Positions 52,365 to 61,513 of a stretch of 64,000 nt of DNA are shown here, piece by piece; the first letter of the stretch is position 1, and each line of letters begins with the position of its first letter. A program made the position numbers and the translations under genes. The notes below the pieces were generated by a model. That model ran no database searches and had not been told where the DNA came from. It saw nothing but the letters and a program-made list of their open reading frames with translations. Location of the stretch: contig CAWFTE010000002.1 of assembly GCA_963818675.1 (NCBI GenBank), forward strand, positions 1,518,361 to 1,582,360, read 5' to 3'. The stretch comes from an uncultured Solirubrobacterales bacterium (GTDB taxonomy: Bacteria > Actinomycetota > Thermoleophilia > Solirubrobacterales > Solirubrobacteraceae).

Positions 52365-53654
52365 CTATTCGCTCGCCACGATCGGCGCCATCGCCGGCGG
52401 ATCGCCTCCGACGCCGCGCCTCACGGCGGCTCGCCCCGTTCTGAACGCCGCCCCGCCCACGGCCGCCAGCGCCAGCGTTAGCAGCCCGGCTCCGACGAAC
52501 ACCACCCGCACGCCGGCGATGCTGAGCAGCGCGCCCGCGCCAAGGAACGCGCTCACGAACGCGATGTTCTCGAGTACGTCCTTGAAGCCGAACACGCGAC
52601 CGAGCAGCCGCTCGGCCACCAGCTCCTGGACCAGGCGCATCTCGGGCCCGACCAGCAGGTTCTCTCCGAGCCCGATCAGCGTGAAGGCGATCAGGGCGAG
52701 CCCGAGGTTCGGTGCGAGCGCCGCCACCGCCATCGCCACCCCCGACAGGCCGATCCCGAATAGCCAGCGCCGGCGCAGGCCCTCGATGTCCGAGCCCGCG
52801 CGTGCATTGGCCCACGACCCGGCCACCATCCCGGCCCCGTAGAGCGCCATCAGCAAGCTGTACCCCTTGCCACTAGCGTGCAACGGGCCCGTGATCAGAA
52901 GCGGCGCCACGACGTTGAACGTGGCTCCGGTCAGCACCACCAATGCCCCCACGCCGAGCAGCACCGGCACACCGGGCAGGCCGGCTACCGCGTGCGCGCC
53001 CGTGCGCGTGTCGGCCCACACGGAGCGACCCGGCCCTGACACCCCGGCGCCCTGGGCGGCGTCCACCGCGGAGGCCTCCCTCTCCTCTACCCGCGGCCCC
53101 AAATCGACCCCGGCCAGAAGCAGCGCGGAGACCCCGAACGTGAGCGCGTTGAGCACGAGCACAACGGATGCCTGGGTGAAGAGCAGCAGTCCGGCCGTGA
53201 GTGCCGGGCCGAGCATCACTCCGGTGTTGACGCTGGCGTAGAAGATCGCGGTCAGCTCAGAGCGCCGTTCGGGCGCCACCATTCCGGGCAGCGCCGCATT
53301 GATGGCCGGGCGGAACAGCGCGGTCCCCACGCCGGCGAGCATCGCGAACACCACGGTGGCGGCAAACGACGGGATCAGGGCGATCGCGATGAAGCAGCCG
53401 GCCCGCAACAGATCGGCGCAGATCGCCAGCCGGCGCCGCGAGACCCGGTCTGCGAGCGTTCCGAACACCGGCGCCAGCACGATCCCCGGCACGAACTCTC
53501 CGAGCAGCACCAGCGAGATCGCCCAGCCGGAGTGCAGCCGCTGGTAGGCGACGAGCAGCAGCGCGACGTAGGCCGCACCCGTGCCCACCTGCGACTGGAA
53601 GAACGCGGTGAAGAACCGTCGCAGTGAAGGGCTGTGTCTGAGCAGCGTGAACAC
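52365..53654 (-). CDS. MFS transporter, paralog of 38083-39306
   Basis: GTG 53654 gives VFTLLRHSPSLRRFFTAFFQSQVG..., colinear with the other copy. Stretches of near-identical DNA are shared between the two genes. Confidence 0.85.
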   Translation of the reverse strand: MFTLLRHSPSLRRFFTAFFQSQVGTGAAYVALLLVAYQRLHSGWAISLVLLGEFVPGIVLAPVFGTLADRVSRRRLAICADLLRAGCFIAIALIPSFAATVVFAMLAGVGTALFRPAINAALPGMVAPERRSELTAIFYASVNTGVMLGPALTAGLLLFTQASVVLVLNALTFGVSALLLAGVDLGPRVEEREASAVDAAQGAGVSGPGRSVWADTRTGAHAVAGLPGVPVLLGVGALVVLTGATFNVVAPLLITGPLHASGKGYSLLMALYGAGMVAGSWANARAGSDIEGLRRRWLFGIGLSGVAMAVAALAPNLGLALIAFTLIGLGENLLVGPEMRLVQELVAERLLGRVFGFKDVLENIAFVSAFLGAGALLSIAGVRVVFVGAGLLTLALAAVGGAAFRTGRAAVRRGVGGDPPAMAPIVASE

Positions 53655-53667
53655 GGTCGACCCGCGG

Positions 53668-53865
53668 CTACCGCTTGCAGGCCGACGCGCGGCGCCCAAG
53701 CGCCGCCCACTCGAGCTTGCGCGCCCCGGCCGCTGCCTCCAGCCGGTCGTTGTTGCACGTCGCGTGCGGGAGGGGCAGCGAGGTCGTCGGCTCGGCTGGG
53801 ACGAGCGCCGGCGGGAGCCCCGTGTGGCGGGCCGGCAGAACGGGCGGGTTGGCAGTGGCGGTCAA
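53668..53865 (-). CDS. Unassigned small Pro-rich ORF (65 aa) immediately upstream of the MFS gene
   Basis: TTG start 4 nt after GAAGGAG. Third-codon positions are almost all G/C. The stop lies 13 nt before the MFS GTG. Confidence 0.4.
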   Translation of the reverse strand: MTATANPPVLPARHTGLPPALVPAEPTTSLPLPHATCNNDRLEAAAGARKLEWAALGRRASACKR

Positions 53866-54167
53866 GGATCTCCTTCGTCAGTCGGAATTCGGGAAATGGA
53901 GGGGACGGGGCCGGTCGGGTGGCCCCGCCCCCACCTAGGGACGGTTCAGAGCCCGTCCCCAGCTTTGCGATTACCAGCGCATGCGCTCGAGCATTGCGAT
54001 CCCACCTTTCACTCTTGGCGGTGCGCCATGACAAGCGCCCCATTTGCGACCGTCGAACATGGGCGCAAGGCTGGCGGAGCCCGGCAAGACATCGGTAATA
54101 CGCCGGTAAAGCCGCCCGGCAACGAACCATCGCCGCCCGCTCCTCTTTCTGGCAGACTCTGGCCCAG

Positions 54168-55511
54168 ATGGGGAACGCAGCCGTAGAGGTGGGCGCGGCG
54201 CGCGCGCCCATCTCAGAGTCGGAGGACGGCCCGGCCGCAGGCGCCGGCCGGCCGGGGGTCGTCGGGCTTCTCGCCCCGACGCTCCCGCTGTTGCCGATCC
54301 TCCTGGTCTACACGCTGGTGGTGGTCATCCACCCGCTGCCCGGCAACTACACCGACGAGGCTGCCTTCCTCGGCATCGCGCGCGACCTCACCCACGGCTT
54401 CTACACGCAGTCCAACACCACTGTCATCAGCGGCCTCTTGTTCCATGGCCCCGGCCTGCCCCTGCTGCTGCTCCCGCTGGTCGCCCTTCACATACCGCTC
54501 ACCCTGATCCGGATCCTCGTGGGACCGGTCTTTCTGTTTGCGGCGATTGCTGTGTTCCACCGGATGCTCCGGCCGTTCATGACCGAGCGTTCCGCGATCC
54601 TCGCCAGCTACGCGGTGGGGGCCTACCTGCCGTTCTTCCCGCACATGCGCGCCGTGTACGTGGAGGCCCTCGCGACGCTCTGCTTCACGCTGGCGGTGTA
54701 CTTCATGGTCCGCTCCTTTCGAGGCGGGCGACGCGACCATCTGTGGGCGGGGCTTGCCCTGGGCTGGTTGGCGCTCAGCCGCGTCGAGTACGGCTACGTG
54801 CTGGTCGCGTGCCTGCTCATCAGCGCGGTGTGGCTGCTCGTACGCCGCGCATCGCTTCCCGCTCGTCACAGCCTGATCGCGTGCGCGATCGGCCTGGTCA
54901 TGTGCGTCCCATGGCTGTCCTACACCTACTCGGTCACCCACAAGCCCTTCTATTGGGGCGACTCAGGGGGCTGGAACCTGTTCTGGATGAGCGCGCCGGG
55001 CACGGGTGACTGGCAGTCGCCGCTGACGGTGGCGACACGGCCGCAGCTCGCCGTGGACAGGGCCACGATCGCGGCGGTTAAGCGCCTGCCTCCACTCGAG
55101 CAGGACCCGCGCTTGACCCACATCGCCATCCAGAACATCCGCCACAACCCCAAGCATTACCTGGCGAACATCGTCAACAACGTCGGTCGCCTCGTGTTCA
55201 ACTCGCCCTACAGCTACACGAACGAGAAGTCGAGCGCGATGCTGTACGGCGTGCCGAACGCGATCCTGCTCGGCGCCCTGGTGATCTCCGCCCTGGCCGC
55301 GATGAGGACCCGCCGGCGGCTGGCCGTCGGGCTCGCGCCCATCTCGATCTTCATCCTCCTCGGATTCCTGATCCACGTGCCCCTGGCCGCGGAGGCACGG
55401 TTCATCGTGCCGCTGATTCCGGCGACGGCATGGCTCGTGTTCGCGGTGCTGGCGCCGGTCTGGCCCGTGCCCGGCGTCGGCGCCTCAGCCTCCCGCGAAG
55501 CGCTCCTCTAG
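54168..55511 (+). CDS. GT-C-fold membrane glycosyltransferase (ArnT/PMT, GT39/GT83-like)
   Basis: About 11 TM helices. First-loop acidic motif PGNYTDEAAFLGIARDL typical of GT-C enzymes. Confidence 0.6.
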   Translation: MGNAAVEVGAARAPISESEDGPAAGAGRPGVVGLLAPTLPLLPILLVYTLVVVIHPLPGNYTDEAAFLGIARDLTHGFYTQSNTTVISGLLFHGPGLPLLLLPLVALHIPLTLIRILVGPVFLFAAIAVFHRMLRPFMTERSAILASYAVGAYLPFFPHMRAVYVEALATLCFTLAVYFMVRSFRGGRRDHLWAGLALGWLALSRVEYGYVLVACLLISAVWLLVRRASLPARHSLIACAIGLVMCVPWLSYTYSVTHKPFYWGDSGGWNLFWMSAPGTGDWQSPLTVATRPQLAVDRATIAAVKRLPPLEQDPRLTHIAIQNIRHNPKHYLANIVNNVGRLVFNSPYSYTNEKSSAMLYGVPNAILLGALVISALAAMRTRRRLAVGLAPISIFILLGFLIHVPLAAEARFIVPLIPATAWLVFAVLAPVWPVPGVGASASREALL

Positions 55512-56396
55512 CTCCCGAACCTCGGGCAGCCCGATCATCTCGAGGAACTCCTCGAACGGCACCAGCGAGCTGAGCGCGTTGATCGGGCTCCCGTCGGACT
55601 TGATCTGGCCGAGCACCGAGCGGACCGCCGCCGTCGCGGCCAGCAGGACGCTGAGCGGGAAGATGACCAGGCTGAAGCCGAGCTCGCGCAGGACCGCATG
55701 CGAAACCGGCGGAGTCCGCCCGCCCTCCGCGTAGTTGAACAGCAGCGGCGTGTCGGGAAACGCCCGCGCCACTGCCTCGATCTCCTCGACCGACTGTGGT
55801 GCTTCGACGAACAGGGCGTCCGCGCCGGCCTCCCGGTAGCGATCCGCTCGCGCCAGCGCCGCGTCGAGCCCCTCCACCGCGCGGGCGTCGGTGCGCGCGA
55901 TGATCAGGAAGTCCCGCGAGCGCCGAGCCGACACGGCGGCCTCCACCTTCGCCGCCATCTCGTCGGGACCGACCAGCAGCTTTCCCTCGATGTGGCCGCA
56001 CTTCTTCGGCATGACCTGGTCCTCGATGTGGATAGCGGCCACACCCGCGGCTTCGTACTCCCGCACGGTCCGGATCACGTTGAGCGCGTTGCCGTATCCC
56101 GTGTCCGCGTCGGCGATGACCGGGATCCCGACCGCGTCCACGATCCGGTGGGCGTTGTCGACCATCTCGGACAGCGTCAGCAGACCCACGTCGGGTTGCC
56201 CGAGCCGCGATGCAGCGCTCCCGAACCCGGTCATGTAGACGGCGTCGAACCCTGCCTCCTCGATCAGGCGCGCGCCGAGCGCGTCGTAGCAGCCCGGCGC
56301 CAGCACCGTCTCGCCGGCCGCGAAGCGCTCCCGCAGCGGGCGGGGCGCCGGCTCCGACCCGGCCTGCGCGCTGCCTCGCCCGAGCAGCCCCGCCAT
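55485..56396 (-). CDS. Isocitrate lyase/PEP mutase superfamily lyase (methylisocitrate-lyase/PrpB-like)
   Basis: GCYDALGARLIEEAGFDAVYMTG, ADADTGYG, and IHIEDQVMPKKCGH (the KKCGH catalytic loop of the lyase branch). ATG 56396 shares one nucleotide with the MMPL stop. Confidence 0.8.
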   Translation of the reverse strand: MAGLLGRGSAQAGSEPAPRPLRERFAAGETVLAPGCYDALGARLIEEAGFDAVYMTGFGSAASRLGQPDVGLLTLSEMVDNAHRIVDAVGIPVIADADTGYGNALNVIRTVREYEAAGVAAIHIEDQVMPKKCGHIEGKLLVGPDEMAAKVEAAVSARRSRDFLIIARTDARAVEGLDAALARADRYREAGADALFVEAPQSVEEIEAVARAFPDTPLLFNYAEGGRTPPVSHAVLRELGFSLVIFPLSVLLAATAAVRSVLGQIKSDGSPINALSSLVPFEEFLEMIGLPEVRELEERFAGG

Positions 56397-58609
56397 CACC
56401 CGCCGACCGATGCGCGCTCGCGCTCGGGTGGCGGCTCGGCCATGACCGCCGGCGCCGATCCCGCCGCGTGCGCCGCCGAGCCCTCGATGTTGATGTGGGG
56501 CAGGCGCGCGTCGAGCCACGCGGGCAGCTTCCAGGTCACCGCGCCGAGGATCTCGAGCACGGCGGGGAGCATCACGCACCGCACCACGAGCGCATCGAGG
56601 AACACGGCGCCGGCCAGCCCGAAGCCGAACTCCTTGACCGAGCGCTCGTCCCCGAGCATGAAGGACAGGAACACGCAGACCATGATCGCGGCGGCCGCGC
56701 TGATCACCCGGCCGGTGAACGCGATCCCATCCGCCACCGCGGCGGTGGCATCGCGCCCGCGAACCCACTCCTCGCGCACCCGCGAGACCAAGAACACCTC
56801 GTAGTCCATCGACAGGCCGAACACCACCGCGAACATCAGCACCGGCACCCACGGCTCCACCGGTCCCTTCTCGAGGCCGAGCAGACCCGACAGCCAGCCG
56901 AGCTGGAACACGGCCACGGTCGCCCCCAGCGCGCCACCAATGCTGAGGAGGTTCATCACCGCCGCCTGGATCGGGATGACGAGCGAGCGGAACATCACGA
57001 ACAACAGCAGCGCCGAGAGCACGACCACGATTGCGATGAACAGCGGCAGCTTGCCCGCCAGCACGTTCGCGAAATCGATCGACCCGGCGGTGAACCCGCC
57101 CACCAGCACCGGAACGCCGGTCCGCTGCTTGATCGGCGGAAGCACGTCGTGACGCAGGTGGTTGACCAGATCCGTCGTCGCTTGGTCCTGGGGCGCTGAC
57201 GCCGGATACGCCGTCAGCACCGCCACCGCACCCGATGGGCTGAGCCGCGGATCGCTGACGGCGGCCACGCCGGGCGCCGAAGCCACGGCCGCGCGCAGTG
57301 CCGGCAGCGCGCCGGCCTGCGCCGGGCTCCTCAGCTCAGCGACCAGCGAGAGGGGCCCGTTGAAGCCCGGGCCGAAGCCTTGTGAGAGAAGGTTGAACGC
57401 CTCATGGGTGCTGGTGTTGCTGGGGTCGTTGCCCGCGTCGGAGTTGTCCAGGCGAAGCTGGGTCACCGGGATCAGGAACCCGATCATCACCGCCGAAGCC
57501 GCGAGCGCCAGCGGCCAGGGCCGGGCCTGGACCATCAGGCTCCAGCGCCGCCACAGCGACTCGCGCGGCGCCACTCCGGCCGCCTCGCGCCGCCGCGCCC
57601 GCCGGCCCGGACGTACCAGGCGCGGCCCGAACCGGGACAGCAGCGCCGGCAGCACGGTCAGCGACGCGAGCATCGTGAACAGCACGGCCAGGATCGACGC
57701 GATCGCCATCCCGTACATGAAGCTCACGCCGGTGGCGAACATGCCGAGGAGCGCGATGACCACCGTGGCGCCGGCGAGCAGGATGGCCCGGCCCGAGGTG
57801 TCCATCGCCTCGATCACGGAGTGCTGGACGTCACCCAGCCGTCCGTAGTTCTCGCGAAAGCGGGTGACGATGAACAGCGCGTAGTCGACGCCCACGCCGA
57901 GGCCGATCATCACCGCCAGCTCGGGCGCGACGTTCGACATGCTGGTCACGTGGGTGGCCAGGCCGATCAGGGCCACCCCGGTGATCAGCCCGAATCCGGC
58001 CGTGATCAGCGGCATGCCGGCCGCGATCAAGGACCCGAACGTCATCAGCAGGATGACCAGCGCGGCGAGCACGCCGACCGAGGTCGCGGGGCCGATGCTG
58101 AAGCCCTCGGCGTCCTCGACCACCTGTCCGCCCGCGGCGACCTGCAAGCCCGGGCGCGAGGCCGCGTTCACCGCGCCCAGGATTGGCTTGCCGGCGTCGT
58201 TCGGGAGCAGGTTGGCCCGCTTGTCGTAGTTGACCACCGCGAACGCGGTCCGGCGATCGCGCGAGACCTGGAGCGCGCCGCGCGTGCTGTAGGGGCTGAC
58301 CACCCCCACGACGTGGGGGAAGGTGCTCGCGCGGGCGAACAAGGGCTCCATCGTGCCGCGCACGGCGGAGGAGAAGACGGTCCCCTGGGTGGTGTGGAAC
58401 ACGATCGTGTCCCGGTCGCCGCTCTGCGCCGGAAACTCGCGCGTGAGCAGGTCGAGCGCCCGTTGCGACTCGGTCCCGGGGAGCGAGAAGTTGGTCGCGT
58501 AGTGGCGTCCCACGGCCGAAGCGATTGCGGTGCTGCCGAGCGCCAGCACGATCCACCCGATCACGACCCAGCGACGATGTCCTATGCACCAGCGAGTGAG
58601 CCCGAGCAT
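56396..58609 (-). CDS. MMPL-family (RND superfamily) transporter
   Basis: ATG 58609 with an AAGGAG RBS. Two 6-TM bundles, with GVGVDYALFIVTRFRE and GLSMDYEVFLVSRVREE motifs. Confidence 0.9.
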   Translation of the reverse strand: MLGLTRWCIGHRRWVVIGWIVLALGSTAIASAVGRHYATNFSLPGTESQRALDLLTREFPAQSGDRDTIVFHTTQGTVFSSAVRGTMEPLFARASTFPHVVGVVSPYSTRGALQVSRDRRTAFAVVNYDKRANLLPNDAGKPILGAVNAASRPGLQVAAGGQVVEDAEGFSIGPATSVGVLAALVILLMTFGSLIAAGMPLITAGFGLITGVALIGLATHVTSMSNVAPELAVMIGLGVGVDYALFIVTRFRENYGRLGDVQHSVIEAMDTSGRAILLAGATVVIALLGMFATGVSFMYGMAIASILAVLFTMLASLTVLPALLSRFGPRLVRPGRRARRREAAGVAPRESLWRRWSLMVQARPWPLALAASAVMIGFLIPVTQLRLDNSDAGNDPSNTSTHEAFNLLSQGFGPGFNGPLSLVAELRSPAQAGALPALRAAVASAPGVAAVSDPRLSPSGAVAVLTAYPASAPQDQATTDLVNHLRHDVLPPIKQRTGVPVLVGGFTAGSIDFANVLAGKLPLFIAIVVVLSALLLFVMFRSLVIPIQAAVMNLLSIGGALGATVAVFQLGWLSGLLGLEKGPVEPWVPVLMFAVVFGLSMDYEVFLVSRVREEWVRGRDATAAVADGIAFTGRVISAAAAIMVCVFLSFMLGDERSVKEFGFGLAGAVFLDALVVRCVMLPAVLEILGAVTWKLPAWLDARLPHINIEGSAAHAAGSAPAVMAEPPPERERASVGG

Positions 58610-58681
58610 GGTCGCTCCTTTGCCGGGGCGGCTTCGTTCATCCGCGCGCGTCCGAGCGCGCCCCGCGCCCCCTAATCCGGT

Positions 58682-58709
58682 TTGCCTTGACTGCAAAACA
58701 CTTTATAGT
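58682..58709 (+). promoter_or_regulatory. Promoter-like TTGCCT-16 nt-TATAGT; the marR ATG lies 7 nt after the -10 (leaderless)
   Basis: AT-rich island ttgccttgactgcaaaacactttatagttcaaacaATG in the marR/MMPL divergent spacer. Confidence 0.35.
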
Positions 58710-58716
58710 TCAAACA

Positions 58717-59238
58717 ATGGATGTCAAGGGCGGTGGCGAACAGGAAGAGCCGCCGGGGCTGTCGGTCAACTCTGAGCTGATCGAGTTGCTGCGCGTGATG
58801 CCGCGGGTGTTCCGCGGAATGCGCCGCGCCGGCGACGCCTCCCCGAGCGGGGGCATCCGCGCGCTGTTCAAGGGCGGCGCGCTGGGACCCAGGCATATAC
58901 CGGTCTTGGTCGTGCTCGTGCTCGAAGGGCCCCAGACGGTCGGCAGCCTGGCCTCTCGGCTCGGCCTCAGCCTGGCCACGCTCAGCCTGATGACGGGGGA
59001 GCTCGCGAAAGCGGGACTGGTCGAGCGTCGCGAGGACGAGCGCGACCGCCGGCGCACGCTCGTGAGCATCCCCGACGAGTACTGCTGGCGCCTCGCCCCG
59101 TTCGTAGGTCAGCGGATCGCGCCCGTGCGCCGCGCGCTCGAGCGCATGTCGCCCGAGGTGCGGGAGGCGTTCCTTGCCGGGTGGCGGGTCCTGGCCGAGG
59201 AGATCGAGCGCAGCGCTTCCGCGACGCCAGAGACCTGA
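58717..59238 (+). CDS. MarR-family transcriptional regulator
   Basis: wHTH region ...QTVGSLASRLGLSLATLSLMTGELAKAGLVERREDERDRRRTLVSI. Divergent from the MMPL gene. Confidence 0.8.
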   Translation: MDVKGGGEQEEPPGLSVNSELIELLRVMPRVFRGMRRAGDASPSGGIRALFKGGALGPRHIPVLVVLVLEGPQTVGSLASRLGLSLATLSLMTGELAKAGLVERREDERDRRRTLVSIPDEYCWRLAPFVGQRIAPVRRALERMSPEVREAFLAGWRVLAEEIERSASATPET

Positions 59239-59294
59239 CCTCTCGGGCCGGGGTTCTGCCGCGGGCGCCCGCGGGCGCCGCCTTCTGATCTCGA

Positions 59295-59897
59295 TCAGTC
59301 GACGGCAGCGCGCCGGCGGCGACCGAACAGCCCGCGGCGTCGCGGCCGATCCGCCGCGCCTGCGGCCGCACCGGTCGCGGCGAGGGGCTCTTCGACGATG
59401 CGCGGGCGCGAGAAGTACCGCCCCATCGCGAACGCCGCCAGTGTCGCGATCAGCACGCCGAGCCCGGTGAAGTACCCGATCACCTCGAGCGCCTGGCGGA
59501 TGTGGCCGCCGGTCGGAGCGCCGATTGGGTTCCCGCTGCGATGCCAGAACAGGCTGATCGAGGTCCCGATCGCAAACCACGCGCCGGCGATTACGGCCAG
59601 CCAGCCACCGAGCAATCCGCTCGTGCGGTGTGCACTCGCGAGGAGCATCCAACCGCCGATGAACGCCACCGCGCCGGGAACGATGTCGAGCCAGATGCGG
59701 TTGGTCGTGACGTGCCATGCGTGGTAGTTGCCGAACGCATAGTGGAACCACGGACCGATCAGCGGGATCAGCGCGCCCCAGACGCCGAGGATCATGATCA
59801 GGATGCCGCTCAAGGCGCCGGTGGTGCGGGGGACGCGCAGCGGCCCGGCCGGTGCCGCGGCGGGCTCGCGGCGGGGACTTGCGGCTTCGGTGCTCAT
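59295..59897 (-). CDS. Integral membrane protein (4-5 TM helices), hypothetical
   Basis: ATG 59897 (MSTEAASPRRE...). Hydrophobic helices, Arg-rich C-terminus. Confidence 0.6.
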   Translation of the reverse strand: MSTEAASPRREPAAAPAGPLRVPRTTGALSGILIMILGVWGALIPLIGPWFHYAFGNYHAWHVTTNRIWLDIVPGAVAFIGGWMLLASAHRTSGLLGGWLAVIAGAWFAIGTSISLFWHRSGNPIGAPTGGHIRQALEVIGYFTGLGVLIATLAAFAMGRYFSRPRIVEEPLAATGAAAGAADRPRRRGLFGRRRRAAVD

Positions 59898-60027
59898 GTC
59901 TTTCAGGTACCCGCCGCCCGCGGGCCGGAACCCGTGCACGTTCTCGTGCGTACAAGCCGGCGCCGCCCGCGGCGCCGCCGTGCGCCAAGCCGCTCCACGG
60001 GGCCCGGTCTCTGTCACACTCGCCGCT

Positions 60028-61437
60028 GTGTCGACCCTCACCGTTGGCCGCGAGCTATCGGGCTATCGCATCGACGCGCTCATCGGTCGCGGGGGTATGG
60101 GCGTGGTGTATCGCGGCACCGACCTGCGACTCGGTCGCCCGGTGGCGATCAAGTTGATCGCAGCTGAACGCGCCACCGATCCCGTGGTGCGCCGGCGGTT
60201 CGAGCGGGAAGCTCGGCTGATGGCCGCGCTCGATCACCCCAATGTGCTGCCGGTGTACGCCGCCGGGGAGCAGGATGGATCGCTGTTTCTGGTCATGCGC
60301 TACGTGGACGGCACCGACCTCGCGGCGCTGCTCGGCGCCAAGGGCCGGCTGTCGCCGTCTAGCGCGGCGCGCATCGTCGCCCAGGTCGCCGAGGCCCTCG
60401 ACGCCGCACATCTCGCCGGGCTGGTGCACCGCGACGTCAAGCCGGCCAACGTTCTCCTCGCCGGCGAGCACGTCTACCTGAGCGACTTCGGGCTCGGCCG
60501 GGCGATCGACGCCGCCACGCGGCTCACCGACTCGGGCGAGTGGCTCGGCACGGTCGACTTCTGCTCCCCCGAGCAGCTCCGAGGCGAACGCACCGCTGCC
60601 CGCAGCGACATCTACGCCCTGGGTTGCGTCCTGCACACCGCGTTGACCGGCGTTCCGCCGCTCCATCGTGAGACCGCGGCAGCGACGATGCTGGCCCACC
60701 TGACCGAGCCGCCGTCCGTGCCCTCAGCCTCGGCCGGCGTGCCGCGCGCGTTCGATCCGGTGATCCTGCGCGCGCTGGCCAAGCCTCCCAACGAGCGCTG
60801 GGCCACCGCGGGCGAGCTCGGCCTGGCCGCGCTCGCGGCCGCTCGCGCTGCCCCACCCGCGCCGCGTACCCGTCGCCCACCCGCTCGCTCGCGCACCGCC
60901 CGCGGGACCGTCGTGCGCACCAAGCTCGACCTCAGGCCGCCCCGCGGTCGCTCCAATGACGCGGCCGCGCCCCGCCGCCTCAGCCGCGGGGTCCTCGGCG
61001 GCGTGGTCGCCCTCCTCGCATGCCTGGGGGCGGTCGCCGCGCTCATCCTGGGTTCCGGCGCGCGCTCCCCCGAGCCGCTTCGCGCCACCGACATCAGCGG
61101 CGCCGTCCACGCCTTCGCCGCCGCCATCGCACAGCACGACGCCAACGCGCTGCGGCGAGTGCTCGCGCCCGAGGTCGCCGAGATGTCGGCAAGGACGACC
61201 TTGCGCGGTCGCGCGGCGGTGCTCACCCAGTACGAGCGGCAGTTCGCCGACGGCTCGATCTCCGGCTACGCGGTGGCGGACATCCGGGTGCAGCCTGGAT
61301 GGGTCGGCCGGGCGACCGCCCAGTACGCGGTGCTCCGCTCCGGCCTTCCCGATCTCTCGGGTCAGATCGTGCTCGGCCTGGAGCGCACGGGCGGGCGGCC
61401 GGCGATCGGGCTGATCGTCATGCAGCCCACCACTTGA
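60028..61437 (+). CDS. Ser/Thr protein kinase with a TM helix and an extracytoplasmic NTF2/SnoaL-like domain
   Basis: GRGGMGVVYRG, VAIK, HRDVKPANVLL, DFGL, SPEQ. TM helix GVLGGVVALLACLGAVAALIL. GTG 60028 is preferred as the start. Confidence 0.9.
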   Translation: MSTLTVGRELSGYRIDALIGRGGMGVVYRGTDLRLGRPVAIKLIAAERATDPVVRRRFEREARLMAALDHPNVLPVYAAGEQDGSLFLVMRYVDGTDLAALLGAKGRLSPSSAARIVAQVAEALDAAHLAGLVHRDVKPANVLLAGEHVYLSDFGLGRAIDAATRLTDSGEWLGTVDFCSPEQLRGERTAARSDIYALGCVLHTALTGVPPLHRETAAATMLAHLTEPPSVPSASAGVPRAFDPVILRALAKPPNERWATAGELGLAALAAARAAPPAPRTRRPPARSRTARGTVVRTKLDLRPPRGRSNDAAAPRRLSRGVLGGVVALLACLGAVAALILGSGARSPEPLRATDISGAVHAFAAAIAQHDANALRRVLAPEVAEMSARTTLRGRAAVLTQYERQFADGSISGYAVADIRVQPGWVGRATAQYAVLRSGLPDLSGQIVLGLERTGGRPAIGLIVMQPTT

Positions 61438-61501
61438 TGCAGCCCACCCCCTGATGCAGGCCGCCCGCTGAGCAGCCCGGCCCGTGATGCAGGCCGCCCC
61501 C
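61418..61501 (+). repeat. 17-bp tandem repeat x5 (T[C/G]ATGCAG[C/G]CC[A/G]CC...) spanning the kinase stop codon
   Basis: Units start at 61418, 61435, 61452, 61469 (which has a 1-nt deletion) and 61485. The kinase TGA lies in unit 2. Confidence 0.8.
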
Positions 61502-61513
61502 CGACGGGGCGGC
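61493..61513. terminator. GC hairpin GCCGCCCC-ccgac-GGGGCGGC between convergent genes
   Basis: An 8-bp perfect stem directly abutting the stop of the minus-strand lipoprotein gene and 56 nt after the kinase stop. No U-tract. Confidence 0.4.
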
